From positions 1 to 60,016 of the forward strand of contig JAFUTR010000053.1 in assembly GCA_017477845.1 (NCBI GenBank): a stretch of 60,016 nucleotides of DNA, read 5' to 3'. Shown here piece after piece: positions 41,583-52,677 of this stretch. The position numbers and the translations under genes are program-made. The notes under the pieces were generated by a model, which saw only the letters and a program-made list of their open reading frames with translations, searched no databases and was not told the origin of the DNA. Numbering within the stretch: the first letter of the stretch is position 1; each line of letters begins with the position of its first letter. This DNA comes from Bacilli bacterium. Lineage in GTDB: Bacteria; Bacillota_I; Bacilli_A; RF39; UBA660.

Positions 41583-42380
41583 CTATTCTTCTTTATCTTC
41601 TTTTTTAGTGCTTTTTATGGCTTTTGCAACATCAGTTAAATTTGCCCCTTCAAACGCTCTTAATACTTCAATTGGTATTGCAAATATTAATGTATTTGAT
41701 TGATCACTTGAAACATCGTTAATTGTTGATAGGGTTCTAAGGTGAAGTGCTCCTGGGACTTTATACATATTTTCTGCTGCTATTGCTAAGTTTTTAGATG
41801 CTTCTACTTCTCCTTCTGCTTTTGTTATAACTGCTGTTTTTTCACGTTCTGCTTCAGCAACTTTTGCTATAACTCTTTGCATTTCATCAGGTAAAGAAAT
41901 ATCTTTTAGTTCTACATTTTCTACTTTTATTCCCCAAGGATCTGTAAGTTCATCAATTATCTTACAAATCTCTTCTGATATTTTTTCTCTTTCACCAAGT
42001 AATTCATCAAGCGTTACACTTCCTACTGCATTTCTCATAGTAGTTTGTGCAAGTTGCCCTGTTGCATAATAATAGTTTTCTACTTCAAGAATTGCTTTTG
42101 ATGCATCAAATATTTTGTAGTATAAAACTGCATTTATTTTTACTGAAACATTATCTTTTGTAATTGCTTCTTGTGCGGGTACATCATCTGCTTTAGTTCT
42201 TATATCTACTTTCTTATAACTTTGGAAAATTGGCATTACAAAATTCCATCCAGGTTTTAATACTTTTTTAAATTTTCCTCTTGCAAAAAGTACTCCACGT
42301 TCATATTCATTTACTTGGACAATGCATCCAGGTAATAAGCATAATAGTATTACTATTATTGGTATAATTACATATTCCAT
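41583..42380 (-). CDS. SPFH / stomatin (slipin) family protein
   Basis: EYERGVLF, ITKDNVSV, LAQTTMR, TDPWGIKVENVELKD, QRVIAKVAEAERE, ALHLRTL. Confidence 0.95.
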   Translation of the reverse strand: MEYVIIPIIVILLCLLPGCIVQVNEYERGVLFARGKFKKVLKPGWNFVMPIFQSYKKVDIRTKADDVPAQEAITKDNVSVKINAVLYYKIFDASKAILEVENYYYATGQLAQTTMRNAVGSVTLDELLGEREKISEEICKIIDELTDPWGIKVENVELKDISLPDEMQRVIAKVAEAEREKTAVITKAEGEVEASKNLAIAAENMYKVPGALHLRTLSTINDVSSDQSNTLIFAIPIEVLRAFEGANLTDVAKAIKSTKKEDKEE

Positions 42381-42381
42381 A

Positions 42382-43587
42382 TTATTCTAACTCCTCATTA
42401 ATTAATTTTTTATATTCTTCTACTCCAGGTTGATCAAATGGATTAACATCAATTAAAAGCGCTCCAACGATTGATACAAGTATAAAGAAGTGAATTAACT
42501 CTCCAATTGTTTCTTCATTTTTTTCATCAATAGTTATTATATTAGTTGGAGTATTACCATTTGAGTGAGCAAGGCCAACTTTATCAAGTGCTATTTTATT
42601 AAGGCTATTTAACTCCATATCATATTGATCCAATGTTACCATCTTATCTTTATCTATTCCTATTACTGTTTCAAAAATGATATCATGTCCATCTTGTAGG
42701 AATTGTCCTAGGGAATGCAAGTCTCTTGTATTAACACATGAAATAGGAAGAATTCCTTTTTTATTTTTACCTTGGGTTTCTGCAAATAATTGTTTCAACC
42801 ATTCTGTGAAATAGTATAGTTTTGGATTATATACTGTGAATGCTTCAACTGTTTTTCCTTTTTTGTACATGATATCACGAATCACAGCATATTCAATTGC
42901 TCTATCGACTCTTTCATAAGAAATTCTTGCACCTTCAATTAATTTAATAATATTTATTCCTGATACTGCAATTGGTAATAGCCCAACTGGAGTAAGGCAT
43001 GAGAATCTTCCACCAATTAATTCTGGTATAGTGAATGAAACATAATCTTTTAAATTTGCAAGTTCTCTTAAATCTCCTTTTTCAGGATCAGTTGTAATAA
43101 TTATTCTATCTTTTAATTCTTCTTCTGTGTATTTTTCTTTCATTAAGTCCATAACTAGGGAGAAAGCAATTGACGTCTCTAAAGTCTTACCTGATTTTGA
43201 GATAACATTTAATATTATTTCTTTATCTTTTAAGTATTCAAGTGTTTCGAAGTATTCTTCACTGCAAAGATTTGTTCCTAGAAATAATATCTCTGGTCCA
43301 TTTCTATCATACATAGGTGATAAGGCTTCAATTACAGCCTTACTTCCCATATATGATCCTCCTATTCCAATTACTAAAAATACATTGCAATTTGATCTTA
43401 TATAGTCTGTCATATTAACAATTTTTTTTAATTCTTGGCTTGAAATAAATGATTCTAATTTATTCCAATATTTTAAATCTCCTTCAATGAATCTAGATTT
43501 AATTTCTCTTGCTTTTTCTAAGTACTCAACTTTATCTTCTTTTTTTACATAATTACCTATATATTTGTGAAAATCAAAATTAATCAT
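42382..43587 (-). CDS. pgi: Glucose-6-phosphate isomerase
   Basis: VIGIGGSYMG, ISKSGKTLET, IGGRFS, QLFAETQGK, DLHSLGQ, PFDQPGVEEYKK. Confidence 0.95.
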   Translation of the reverse strand: MINFDFHKYIGNYVKKEDKVEYLEKAREIKSRFIEGDLKYWNKLESFISSQELKKIVNMTDYIRSNCNVFLVIGIGGSYMGSKAVIEALSPMYDRNGPEILFLGTNLCSEEYFETLEYLKDKEIILNVISKSGKTLETSIAFSLVMDLMKEKYTEEELKDRIIITTDPEKGDLRELANLKDYVSFTIPELIGGRFSCLTPVGLLPIAVSGINIIKLIEGARISYERVDRAIEYAVIRDIMYKKGKTVEAFTVYNPKLYYFTEWLKQLFAETQGKNKKGILPISCVNTRDLHSLGQFLQDGHDIIFETVIGIDKDKMVTLDQYDMELNSLNKIALDKVGLAHSNGNTPTNIITIDEKNEETIGELIHFFILVSIVGALLIDVNPFDQPGVEEYKKLINEELE

Positions 43588-46500
43588 TTGTACCTCCGTT
43601 AACTATAACCGCATGAATTCTATGATCATTTTTAAGTGTTATATAATTCTTATTAATCTTATCACCATCAACCAAAATTCCTTCATTTTTACTACTTAAA
43701 TTAATCTTTATCTTGTATAGAGTATCAACATATCTATACTCTACTTCAAATGATTTCCAACTTTTTGGAATATTTGGATTAAACTTTAAAATGTTTCCTT
43801 CTTTCTTTAATCCCAAAATATCTGTAAGTCCAATATTATAAAGCCATCCAGCGCTTCCTGTGTACCATGTCCATCCACCGCGAGCTAAGTTATTAGGATT
43901 ACTATAAATATCTGCCGCTACAACATATGGTTCTACTTTATATTTTTCAACATCTTTCTTAGTTAAAGTTCTGTTAATTGGATTTATCATTTGGAAATAT
44001 TCATAGGCTCGTTCTTTTTCACCTATTTTAATAAGCGCCATAATGTACCATGAAGCAGCGTGTGTATACTGTCCACCATTTTCTCTTATTCCGATAGGAT
44101 AATCCATTATGTAGCCTGGATTATCTTCAGATTTTTCAAATCCTGGTGTTAATAATTTAATTATCTTTAAGTTTTTATCTACTAGATTATCTTCAACTGA
44201 TTTTATGACAGATTCTATTTTATTCTTCTCTATAACTTCAGAAATAATTGAGAAGCTTTGACTTATTAAGTCTATTTTGCATTCCATATTGGTACTTGAT
44301 CCTAGTGGATTACCATTATCAAAGAAGGCTCTTAGATAGTAATCTTTATCCCAAGCAACTGTATTTAGTGTTTTTTTCAAGTCTTTCAGTTTTTCTTCAT
44401 AATCTTTTATATCTAGATTTTTATATTTTTTAGCAATTGGTAAGAACATTTTGACTATTGTATATAGGAAGAATCCAAGCCAAACACTAGTTCCTTTTCC
44501 TTCTATTCCAACTTTGTTCATTCCATCGTTCCAATCTCCTCCACCCATAAGTGGTAAGTGATTTTCTCCAAGAGAGTTGAATGCTTTATCAATTGATAAT
44601 AAGCAGTGCTCATAAAGTGATTTTTTTGTATTCGTATAGGCATAATTAATTCCACGTTCTGCTTCATCACTTGCAAGAGGCTCTCCATCTACAAATTCTA
44701 CTTGTTCATCAAGGATTTTATAGTCACCAGTAATCGTTACATATCTATTAACTGCAAATACAAGCCATAAATAATCATCTTTGTATCTACTTCTAAGCCC
44801 CATCCTTATTGTTTCATGCCACCAATGAAGAACATCCCCTTCTTCAAATTGATGTTTAGCATTATTTAGAATTTGCCTTCTAGTAAGTTCAGGTTCTACC
44901 ATTGAAATATTAGTACAATCTTGTAATTGATCACGATAACCAAAAGCTCCTCCAACTTGATAGAATCCAGCTTTACTATTAATTCTTGATGCAATCGTTT
45001 GATATAAATACCAACCATTCATAATACTATTAAATGATTCATCTGGTGTTTTAACTTTAAAGACTGATAATCTATTTTTCCAGTACTCTTTTACATTTTT
45101 GAATTCTTTATTAATCTTATCAATTGAATTATATTTATCAATTAATGCCTTTACATTATCATTTCCTATTTCTGTTCCTAGCATAAATGAAAAGTTAATT
45201 TCTTCTTGTGGTTTTAAATCAATTTCAACTTCTATTGATTTAAATAATATTAAATTCACTTCAAAACTATTTAATGGAAGTGTTGAACTTAAAAAAGCTG
45301 TTATGTGTGAAAAATTTGTGTTATATACATTTCTTATAAGAATTGCATTCATTTCCTTATAATAATCTGATAATAAGTATCTACTTGATTTTTCTTCATT
45401 TGGACCAAAAGTTGGATTAATCCAGAAACCAATTTTATATTTTTTGGCTTCTTTAGACTTATTTTGGAATCTTATTTTATAGAATTTAATTGTGTCATTT
45501 CGTGATATAAAATGAGTTGTATCAAACGAATAATCATTTGTTTCATGAAAGAATGTTGAATAGCCAAAACCATGTGCACATTTATTTGGATCGACTCTTT
45601 CTCCATTAACTATTATTCCTTCAGATTTGTCATTTAACACTATATCATTTGTCCATGATGTAATTTTAAACATTTGACTATTATATGCATAAGTAAATCC
45701 ACATTCATTATTCGTTACTATTGTTCCAAATTTTTCATTTGAAATAACATTTGTCCATGGAGTTGGTGTATTTGGATTAGTGATAATATATTCACTTCCA
45801 TCTTTATTAAATCCTCCATATTCATTAAAGAAATTTAAGTTCTCTTCTTTTGATTTTAGAACTTTAGCATACTTTATTGGATCATACTTAACCATTTTAT
45901 TATCTCTTTGTAATTCAGTAATACTTTCAGTTAGTGATGAGCTTTTATTAGTATTAAATCTTAATCTTGCTACCATATTAAGAAGAATATCTTCTTGATA
46001 ATTTACATCATTTCCATCAAGAACATAAATATTACCTGGAGTTGAATAAAAATCATATAGAGCATTCATTCTATACATTTCTTTTTCTATCTCTCTTTTA
46101 ATAATAGGCTTATATTCTTCACTTTCACGATTTACTATTACTACATCAACAAAAACAGATCTCGTTTTATAGTATTCATATGCTCTTATTACTTCTTTAA
46201 CAAGGTTAACTGATTCACTTTCATATACTTCTACAAGCATTATTGGTCTATCACCAGTGATACCATATTTCCATAAATTAGTTTGATTCATACTATTTTT
46301 AGTTAATATATCTTTTCTTTCAGGATTTATAAAATGCCTATTAGTTTGATATAAATAATTAAGCATCATATTGTAATTTCTCATATCAGGTCCACTTACA
46401 CCTAATATTTTTGTGTTAATATTATTAGCAAGAGTTGCATACTCAAACGCTGTATTAATACTTGAATAATCATTATATGTATTAAGTATTTCATTAATTT

Positions 46501-49500
46501 GTTCTCTTGATTTACTATATCCTGCAATTAAGTATACTATTTTTTCTTTTCCACTTGGAATTACTATACTTGTTCTTAAACTTATAACTGGATCTATATT
46601 TGTTCCAACTGTATTAGTTAATTTGTTTTCCATCGCTATAGGATTATTTGTATTTCTGTTTCTTCCTATAAAATTACTTCTTTCAGTTTCAAATGTTGTA
46701 ATATGATTTTCATCTTCTACTAGAAGTCTATTTACATAATACTCAGATTTCTTTTTATAATTATTTCTTCTACACATAATAATACTTTCATGAACTCTAT
46801 CATATTCACTATTAACAAATAGATTTCTAAATGTTCGATGTGTAATATCTTCAATATTTTCTGAAATTATTGGCTCATTATATGTAGTTAATTCAATATA
46901 TTTATCTTCATCACTATTATTTTTGAGTGTAATACGACGTATTTCAGCATTATGCTCTTTGGTTACTATTATCTCTGTCTTTGTAGTTATTTTTTCATCT
47001 TGTCTTATAAATGTAATTCTATCACTTGCAAATACTACATTATATCTATTTGGTTCTTTATAAGTTGGAGAATATGTATTTGACCAGAATTTTGAAGTAG
47101 ATAAATCTTTAATATATACAAACATTCCATAATCTTGCTCAGTTATTTTACGATATCTATTAAGCTGTATTTCTTTATATCTTGAGAATCCATTTCCCCT
47201 ATCATTCATTAAAATCATGTAATTATTGTTAGATAAAACTGATACTTCTGGAACATCTGATATATAGTTAAATGCTCTAATATCATTTTCAACTATTTCT
47301 TTATCATAATGATATCTTTTATATCCATATATCTTAAGGTCAATAATAGGATTAAATTGAACTTTTTCTTTAAGTAATATTTCTACTGCTTGAACTCTTA
47401 CATCACTATGGAAATAATTTTTTATTGCATCATTTTTTAGAAAATTGCAAAGACTAGCTAGAATCATTCCTTGATGATGTGAAAAATATGATTGTACTAT
47501 TTCCTTGTCATCATAATCAAATGCTTCAAAGAAGCCCCATTCATTATATAAATTAAGCTTTTTTAGTTTTGATATATTTGATATAACTCCCTCTGGATCG
47601 TTAGATATTGCAAGAATAGATGCATAAGGTGATATTACAACTCTTTGCGTTTTGTCTTCTTGTACTTTTAAATATGGTGTTGAAAAGGCTTTATATTTGT
47701 AGTTTAATCCGTCATCCAACTCTCCATAAGCAGACTCTGAAATTCCCCATGGCATTTCATTATCTACTTCTTTCATATATTCTTTTTGGCAATATAATGA
47801 GAAGAAATAACTTTCATCTAGTAGTGTATTTTTATAACTCTTCATGAATATTTCTGGCATGAAGTACTCAAATGATGTACCTGACCATGATGTTAATCCT
47901 TTATATCTTCCATATTTTGTTAGAGATTTATCAAGACATAGCCAATGTTTTGATGGTACATCTCCTTTTGCAATTGCTACAAAACTTAGTATTCTACTTT
48001 CACTTGCAAATTTATTGTAGTTATATATTGATAATTTATCTTCACTACAATCATAGGCTATGCTAAATACATCTTTATCTGTATACAATTTAGCAAAATC
48101 CATGTCATTATAAAGTTTTTCAACACGTTTTTTTAAATTTTCTTCTTTTACTGATTTCAAGAATTCTTTTGCCACCATATAACATGCAGCAAGATTTCCA
48201 TTATCCACTGAAGATATATCATATGGCATCATTTTCTTCATCGTCTTTATATTATACCAGTTATATATAAATCCATTCCATTTTTCCAACTTTTCTATTG
48301 ATGTTATTATTTTATCAAGATAGAAACATGCTTTATCTTTATCGATAAAATTTAAAGTATAAGCTGAAATAACTGAGGTTATTGACATACCTATATCAGT
48401 AGGAGATGTTTTAGAATCTGTCATAATCTCTCTATTTAATTGATAATTATCTGGTATTAAATAATTATATTCTTCTTTTAGTAAACTTTCAAAAAAAGTC
48501 CAAGTTCTTCTTGCTATTTCAGTTATTTTTTTAGTAGTTTTTTGATCAATTTCTACCTTTTTATTTTTTTCTTTACTTACTTTCCATAATAAGAAAGGCG
48601 CTAATAAGAAACAAGCTGATACAAGTATTCCTACATAACTGTATTCAATATTGTATAAAGATGATATCACAACAATAAATACCATTATATAATTTGGTTT
48701 AAATGCACTTATATAGGTCATTAATTTGTTATTAATTGTTTTAGCAGCATCTTCAGCAGTAATCCAATTTAAAAGATTTTTATGGCTTATAAACATTCTA
48801 TATAATGATTTTACTGCAGCATTTATATGCATATATGATACATATGGCATTGTGATTAGGTCAATAAATACACGCGCTATAAGGGCATTTGTTCCAAACA
48901 TTAATGACTCATAATGCTTAAACGATGATGTTGTTTTCTTTTCAATCTTAAATATTTCTCTAAGATAAAATAGTATTGGTAAAAAAGTGACAATTATAGA
49001 AGTTATTAAACTTAAAAGTGGATTACCAATATAAAATGATAATATTAAAAGAATTAAAAGTGATGGCTTTACTAAAATTCTTCTCAAGTTGTCAAATATT
49101 TTAAATTTTTCAACTTCATTAAGTTGATTCTTTACTCTTACGCCATTTTTATTTCTTATTTTCTTTCTTAACCATCCAAGTATTTGAATATCTCCTCTTG
49201 TCCATCTATGTTGTCGAGACATATCAACTAAGAATGATGATGGGAAGTCGTCGATTAATTCAATATCAGATGCAAATCCACATCTTATATAATTTCCCTC
49301 TAATAGGTCATGGCTAAGTATCAAACTTTCAGGGAATCTTTCACCAATTACTGTTTCGAACACTTCAAGATCATATATTCCCTTTCCAACAAAGCTTCCT
49401 TCATCAAATACATCTTGATAAAAGTTAGGAATAATTGATGAATAGATATCAAATCCTCCAATTCCAGCAACTAATTGTGAATAAGTTGATTTATTTGTTG

Positions 49501-51253
49501 ATTCAATATCCACACTTACTCTTGGTTGTACTATTCCATATCCACTGATTACTTTATCTTTTGTTTTATTTAAAACAGGTCTATTAGACGGATGAGCCAT
49601 TAACCCAACAAGTGATTGTGCTGTATTTAAAACAAGTTCTGTGTCTTGATCAAGTGTTATAACATATTTTATTTCTGTTCTTAATTCTGAAATAGTTTCA
49701 GAATATACATATTTTTGTTTATCTTTATCAGATAATTTTCCTAGAAGTAATTTATTAAAATGCATTAAAGCTCCACGTTTTCTTTCATAACCTAAGAATT
49801 TTCCTTCTGACTCAATGAAAACTCTTCTTCTATATAGGAAAAAGAATAAGTCTTTTCCATATTTTTTATTTAAATCATGAGCTTTTTTTATTCCATATTC
49901 GGATACTTCTTTATCATAATCACAATCTCTTGTAATTGATTCTGCACAGTCTGCTAGAAGTGTAAAATATAAATTTGGAGTTTTATTAGATAAATAATAT
50001 TTTTCAAGCTGTAAAAACATATCATCTATTTTTTTAGTATTTTTTACAATTGTAGGTATTACTACCATAGTTGAATATTCTTTTGGTATTCCTCTTGAAA
50101 AATCATATTTTGGAAGTTGCTTTGGCTTATTAAATCTCATAAAGATTTTATTAACAAACTGTATTACAATATCACTAGCTGGAAATAATAATAGAATAAA
50201 TGCTACTGGCCAAATGTTAAGTACATACTTTGACCAAATAAGAGATATTAAAACTGTTAAAATAAATATTAAAAAACTATATAATTTATAAATTCTTTTT
50301 GTATTTTTCTTTTTAAATATATAATCGGCAATTTCTTTATCTGTTTCTCTTACTTTTTCCATTATGTTATAAACATATTTGTATTCATCTATCTTTTTAG
50401 TATTTTTAACTATTTGCCTTCTATATAGATTTTTTGATTCTTCAGTCATACTTTTATAGACAGAATCTGATAATAATAATTTTTCAGTTTTACTAATTTT
50501 GAAGCATAAGTCATCATATTTGAGTCTTGATACTGTTCTTAAATTATTAAAAAGATTTGAAACTAGTAAATCATCATTAATGCTTGATAAGTGTTCATTA
50601 TTTATAACTTCTTTTAAATCTACATGATGTTCTTCCAAATATCTGTTTAACTTGACAAATATATCATTTGAAAATTCACCAAATTCTTTCAAATTAGCAT
50701 TAAGATTATATAGATAATATGGATGTTTTAAAAGGTAACTATCTATTTTAATGTAATCAGCTAAATCTAATTCAGGATTTTCCATACGATCATTATCAAT
50801 TTTAAAAACTAAATCATTAACCTTCTTTAAATCATCTAATTTTTGTTCTCTTTTCTTACAAAGTGTATTTAATTCATCGACAAGGATCATTGATATAAAC
50901 ATTGGTATTACTGAAATTGAATTATACGAAAAATAAATATTAGTCTTATTTTGATACAAATTTATTTCTTTAATTATCATATTTTTATCAAGATTATAGT
51001 TGTGGGTTGCAAATATATTTTTAAGAATGTTATAAACATTTTCATTCTCTGATAACATTTCCTTCATATTTTTTTTATTCTTAAACAATCTTTTAATTGC
51101 ATTTCTTTGCTCTACTACCATATAGAAATTATCTATAATCCACTCATTAGTTGACCCTACAAAATTATGATTTTTTGTTAAAGAAACTAATTTTTCATAG
51201 TAATTTTCTATACTTTTGCAATTATCTATAAACTTAGAATATATTTTATTCAT
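43580..51253 (-). CDS. Cyclic beta-1,2-glucan synthase-like protein (Cgs/NdvB/ChvB type: GT84, cyclisation domain, GH94 phosphorylase)
   Basis: EWIIDNFY, ERKRGAL, ITLDQDT, GSFVGKGIYD, SHDLLEG, RQHRWTRGD. Middle: FASESR, SWSGTSFEY, WGISES. C-terminal: GFYQVGGAFGYRDQLQD, GDWNDGMN, RENGGQYTH, WTWYTGSAGW. Confidence 0.92.
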   Translation of the reverse strand: MNKIYSKFIDNCKSIENYYEKLVSLTKNHNFVGSTNEWIIDNFYMVVEQRNAIKRLFKNKKNMKEMLSENENVYNILKNIFATHNYNLDKNMIIKEINLYQNKTNIYFSYNSISVIPMFISMILVDELNTLCKKREQKLDDLKKVNDLVFKIDNDRMENPELDLADYIKIDSYLLKHPYYLYNLNANLKEFGEFSNDIFVKLNRYLEEHHVDLKEVINNEHLSSINDDLLVSNLFNNLRTVSRLKYDDLCFKISKTEKLLLSDSVYKSMTEESKNLYRRQIVKNTKKIDEYKYVYNIMEKVRETDKEIADYIFKKKNTKRIYKLYSFLIFILTVLISLIWSKYVLNIWPVAFILLLFPASDIVIQFVNKIFMRFNKPKQLPKYDFSRGIPKEYSTMVVIPTIVKNTKKIDDMFLQLEKYYLSNKTPNLYFTLLADCAESITRDCDYDKEVSEYGIKKAHDLNKKYGKDLFFFLYRRRVFIESEGKFLGYERKRGALMHFNKLLLGKLSDKDKQKYVYSETISELRTEIKYVITLDQDTELVLNTAQSLVGLMAHPSNRPVLNKTKDKVISGYGIVQPRVSVDIESTNKSTYSQLVAGIGGFDIYSSIIPNFYQDVFDEGSFVGKGIYDLEVFETVIGERFPESLILSHDLLEGNYIRCGFASDIELIDDFPSSFLVDMSRQHRWTRGDIQILGWLRKKIRNKNGVRVKNQLNEVEKFKIFDNLRRILVKPSLLILLILSFYIGNPLLSLITSIIVTFLPILFYLREIFKIEKKTTSSFKHYESLMFGTNALIARVFIDLITMPYVSYMHINAAVKSLYRMFISHKNLLNWITAEDAAKTINNKLMTYISAFKPNYIMVFIVVISSLYNIEYSYVGILVSACFLLAPFLLWKVSKEKNKKVEIDQKTTKKITEIARRTWTFFESLLKEEYNYLIPDNYQLNREIMTDSKTSPTDIGMSITSVISAYTLNFIDKDKACFYLDKIITSIEKLEKWNGFIYNWYNIKTMKKMMPYDISSVDNGNLAACYMVAKEFLKSVKEENLKKRVEKLYNDMDFAKLYTDKDVFSIAYDCSEDKLSIYNYNKFASESRILSFVAIAKGDVPSKHWLCLDKSLTKYGRYKGLTSWSGTSFEYFMPEIFMKSYKNTLLDESYFFSLYCQKEYMKEVDNEMPWGISESAYGELDDGLNYKYKAFSTPYLKVQEDKTQRVVISPYASILAISNDPEGVISNISKLKKLNLYNEWGFFEAFDYDDKEIVQSYFSHHQGMILASLCNFLKNDAIKNYFHSDVRVQAVEILLKEKVQFNPIIDLKIYGYKRYHYDKEIVENDIRAFNYISDVPEVSVLSNNNYMILMNDRGNGFSRYKEIQLNRYRKITEQDYGMFVYIKDLSTSKFWSNTYSPTYKEPNRYNVVFASDRITFIRQDEKITTKTEIIVTKEHNAEIRRITLKNNSDEDKYIELTTYNEPIISENIEDITHRTFRNLFVNSEYDRVHESIIMCRRNNYKKKSEYYVNRLLVEDENHITTFETERSNFIGRNRNTNNPIAMENKLTNTVGTNIDPVISLRTSIVIPSGKEKIVYLIAGYSKSREQINEILNTYNDYSSINTAFEYATLANNINTKILGVSGPDMRNYNMMLNYLYQTNRHFINPERKDILTKNSMNQTNLWKYGITGDRPIMLVEVYESESVNLVKEVIRAYEYYKTRSVFVDVVIVNRESEEYKPIIKREIEKEMYRMNALYDFYSTPGNIYVLDGNDVNYQEDILLNMVARLRFNTNKSSSLTESITELQRDNKMVKYDPIKYAKVLKSKEENLNFFNEYGGFNKDGSEYIITNPNTPTPWTNVISNEKFGTIVTNNECGFTYAYNSQMFKITSWTNDIVLNDKSEGIIVNGERVDPNKCAHGFGYSTFFHETNDYSFDTTHFISRNDTIKFYKIRFQNKSKEAKKYKIGFWINPTFGPNEEKSSRYLLSDYYKEMNAILIRNVYNTNFSHITAFLSSTLPLNSFEVNLILFKSIEVEIDLKPQEEINFSFMLGTEIGNDNVKALIDKYNSIDKINKEFKNVKEYWKNRLSVFKVKTPDESFNSIMNGWYLYQTIASRINSKAGFYQVGGAFGYRDQLQDCTNISMVEPELTRRQILNNAKHQFEEGDVLHWWHETIRMGLRSRYKDDYLWLVFAVNRYVTITGDYKILDEQVEFVDGEPLASDEAERGINYAYTNTKKSLYEHCLLSIDKAFNSLGENHLPLMGGGDWNDGMNKVGIEGKGTSVWLGFFLYTIVKMFLPIAKKYKNLDIKDYEEKLKDLKKTLNTVAWDKDYYLRAFFDNGNPLGSSTNMECKIDLISQSFSIISEVIEKNKIESVIKSVEDNLVDKNLKIIKLLTPGFEKSEDNPGYIMDYPIGIRENGGQYTHAASWYIMALIKIGEKERAYEYFQMINPINRTLTKKDVEKYKVEPYVVAADIYSNPNNLARGGWTWYTGSAGWLYNIGLTDILGLKKEGNILKFNPNIPKSWKSFEVEYRYVDTLYKIKINLSSKNEGILVDGDKINKNYITLKNDHRIHAVIVNGGTND

Positions 51254-51380
51254 ACAGCTACTCCTTCAATATTCATTTTAAATATTTATAAAATTAGTTA
51301 TTAACATAATTATATCACATTATCAATCAATTATGATAGAATAATATTGATTATAAATGTGAAAATTTAAAGGAGATTTT

Positions 51381-52634
51381 ATGAAAGAAAAAGCAATTTC
51401 AAAGTTATCATTTTTTGTTAATTCTGCTTTATTTTTTATAGTTGGCTTAACAATTATTTTTTTTAAATCAAATTATTTAAATTCTATTCACTTATTAATT
51501 TCAAATCTATTAATTATCTTAGGTTTCATTACTTTATTTTTCAATATTATAAAATCTAAAAGGCCAAGAGATATTTTACTTTCAATTACTACTTTCACTA
51601 CAGGTATTTTCTTTTTAAATAATAAAGCAAAATTTCTTTCTATCTTTCCAATTATTTTTGGTATATATATGCTTATAAATGGTATTGTTAAATTTGCTTC
51701 TTATATAGTTTTTAAAAATTATGAGAAAACTAGTTATTATAAGGTGTTAATTAGTAGTCTTATAGATTTTTGTTTTAGTTATGTTATGATTAGTCATCCA
51801 TCTAAAAATATAGATAGGTTAACAATTATTTTAGGTCTTTATTTAATTTTATTTGGTATTACTTATTTTTATGATTTTTTAAAAGAGTGTTTTCCTTCTT
51901 TCTTTGGTAAGAAAAGACGCTTTAGGGTAACTCTTCCTATAATTCTTGCAACTTTTATTCCTTATGAAGTTTTGCTATCAATTAATAAAGTTATAAATAG
52001 TTGGAAAACCCCTGTAAAAGTTTCTAATAAAGATACAAGTGGTGAAGTTGATCTTGAGATATTAATACATGTTAGAAAAAATGATAGTATAGGAAGAATG
52101 GGACATGCTGATTTATGTTATAAAGGTAGAGTTTATTCTTATGGATGTTATGATGAAGAATCTAAAAGAATTTTAGGATCTTGCGGAAATGGTACTTTAT
52201 TTGAAATAAAGAATAAAGATAAATATATAAAATATTGTAACAATAATTCTGACAAAACAATTTTTAGTTTTGGTATTACGCTTACCAGTAACGAAAGAAA
52301 AAAAGTTGAAGAAAAGTTACGAATAATTAAAAAGGAGACATATAAATGGGATCCTTTGTATAGTAATTCTATTAAGAATAGTTATGCTATTGAATTAGTC
52401 GAGAAAACAAAAGCACAATTCTATAAATTTAATAAAGGTAGTTATAAAACATATTTTCTTTTTTCAACTAATTGTGTGAAACTAGTTGATGACGTTTTAG
52501 GTGTTACTGGAAGTGATATATTAAAAATAAATGGGGTAATTACACCAGGAACATATTATAATTATTTAGATAAGGAATTTAAAAGAAAGAATAGTAATGT
52601 TATATCTAAAGAAATCTATTCTAAGACAAAGTAA
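51381..52634 (+). CDS. HdeD/DUF308-like membrane domain fused to a permuted papain-like His/Cys domain
   Basis: Six or seven TM helices, then GHADLC..YSYGCYD and TYFLFSTNCV..ITPG. Confidence 0.7.
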   Translation: MKEKAISKLSFFVNSALFFIVGLTIIFFKSNYLNSIHLLISNLLIILGFITLFFNIIKSKRPRDILLSITTFTTGIFFLNNKAKFLSIFPIIFGIYMLINGIVKFASYIVFKNYEKTSYYKVLISSLIDFCFSYVMISHPSKNIDRLTIILGLYLILFGITYFYDFLKECFPSFFGKKRRFRVTLPIILATFIPYEVLLSINKVINSWKTPVKVSNKDTSGEVDLEILIHVRKNDSIGRMGHADLCYKGRVYSYGCYDEESKRILGSCGNGTLFEIKNKDKYIKYCNNNSDKTIFSFGITLTSNERKKVEEKLRIIKKETYKWDPLYSNSIKNSYAIELVEKTKAQFYKFNKGSYKTYFLFSTNCVKLVDDVLGVTGSDILKINGVITPGTYYNYLDKEFKRKNSNVISKEIYSKTK

Positions 52635-52662
52635 AACATCGTTAAAAATCTAACGATGTTTT
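52633..52662. terminator. Bidirectional terminator
   Basis: Perfect 12-bp inverted repeat AAAACATCGTTA/TAACGATGTTTT between convergent genes. Confidence 0.85.
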
Positions 52663-52677
52663 ATTATTAAAATTATT

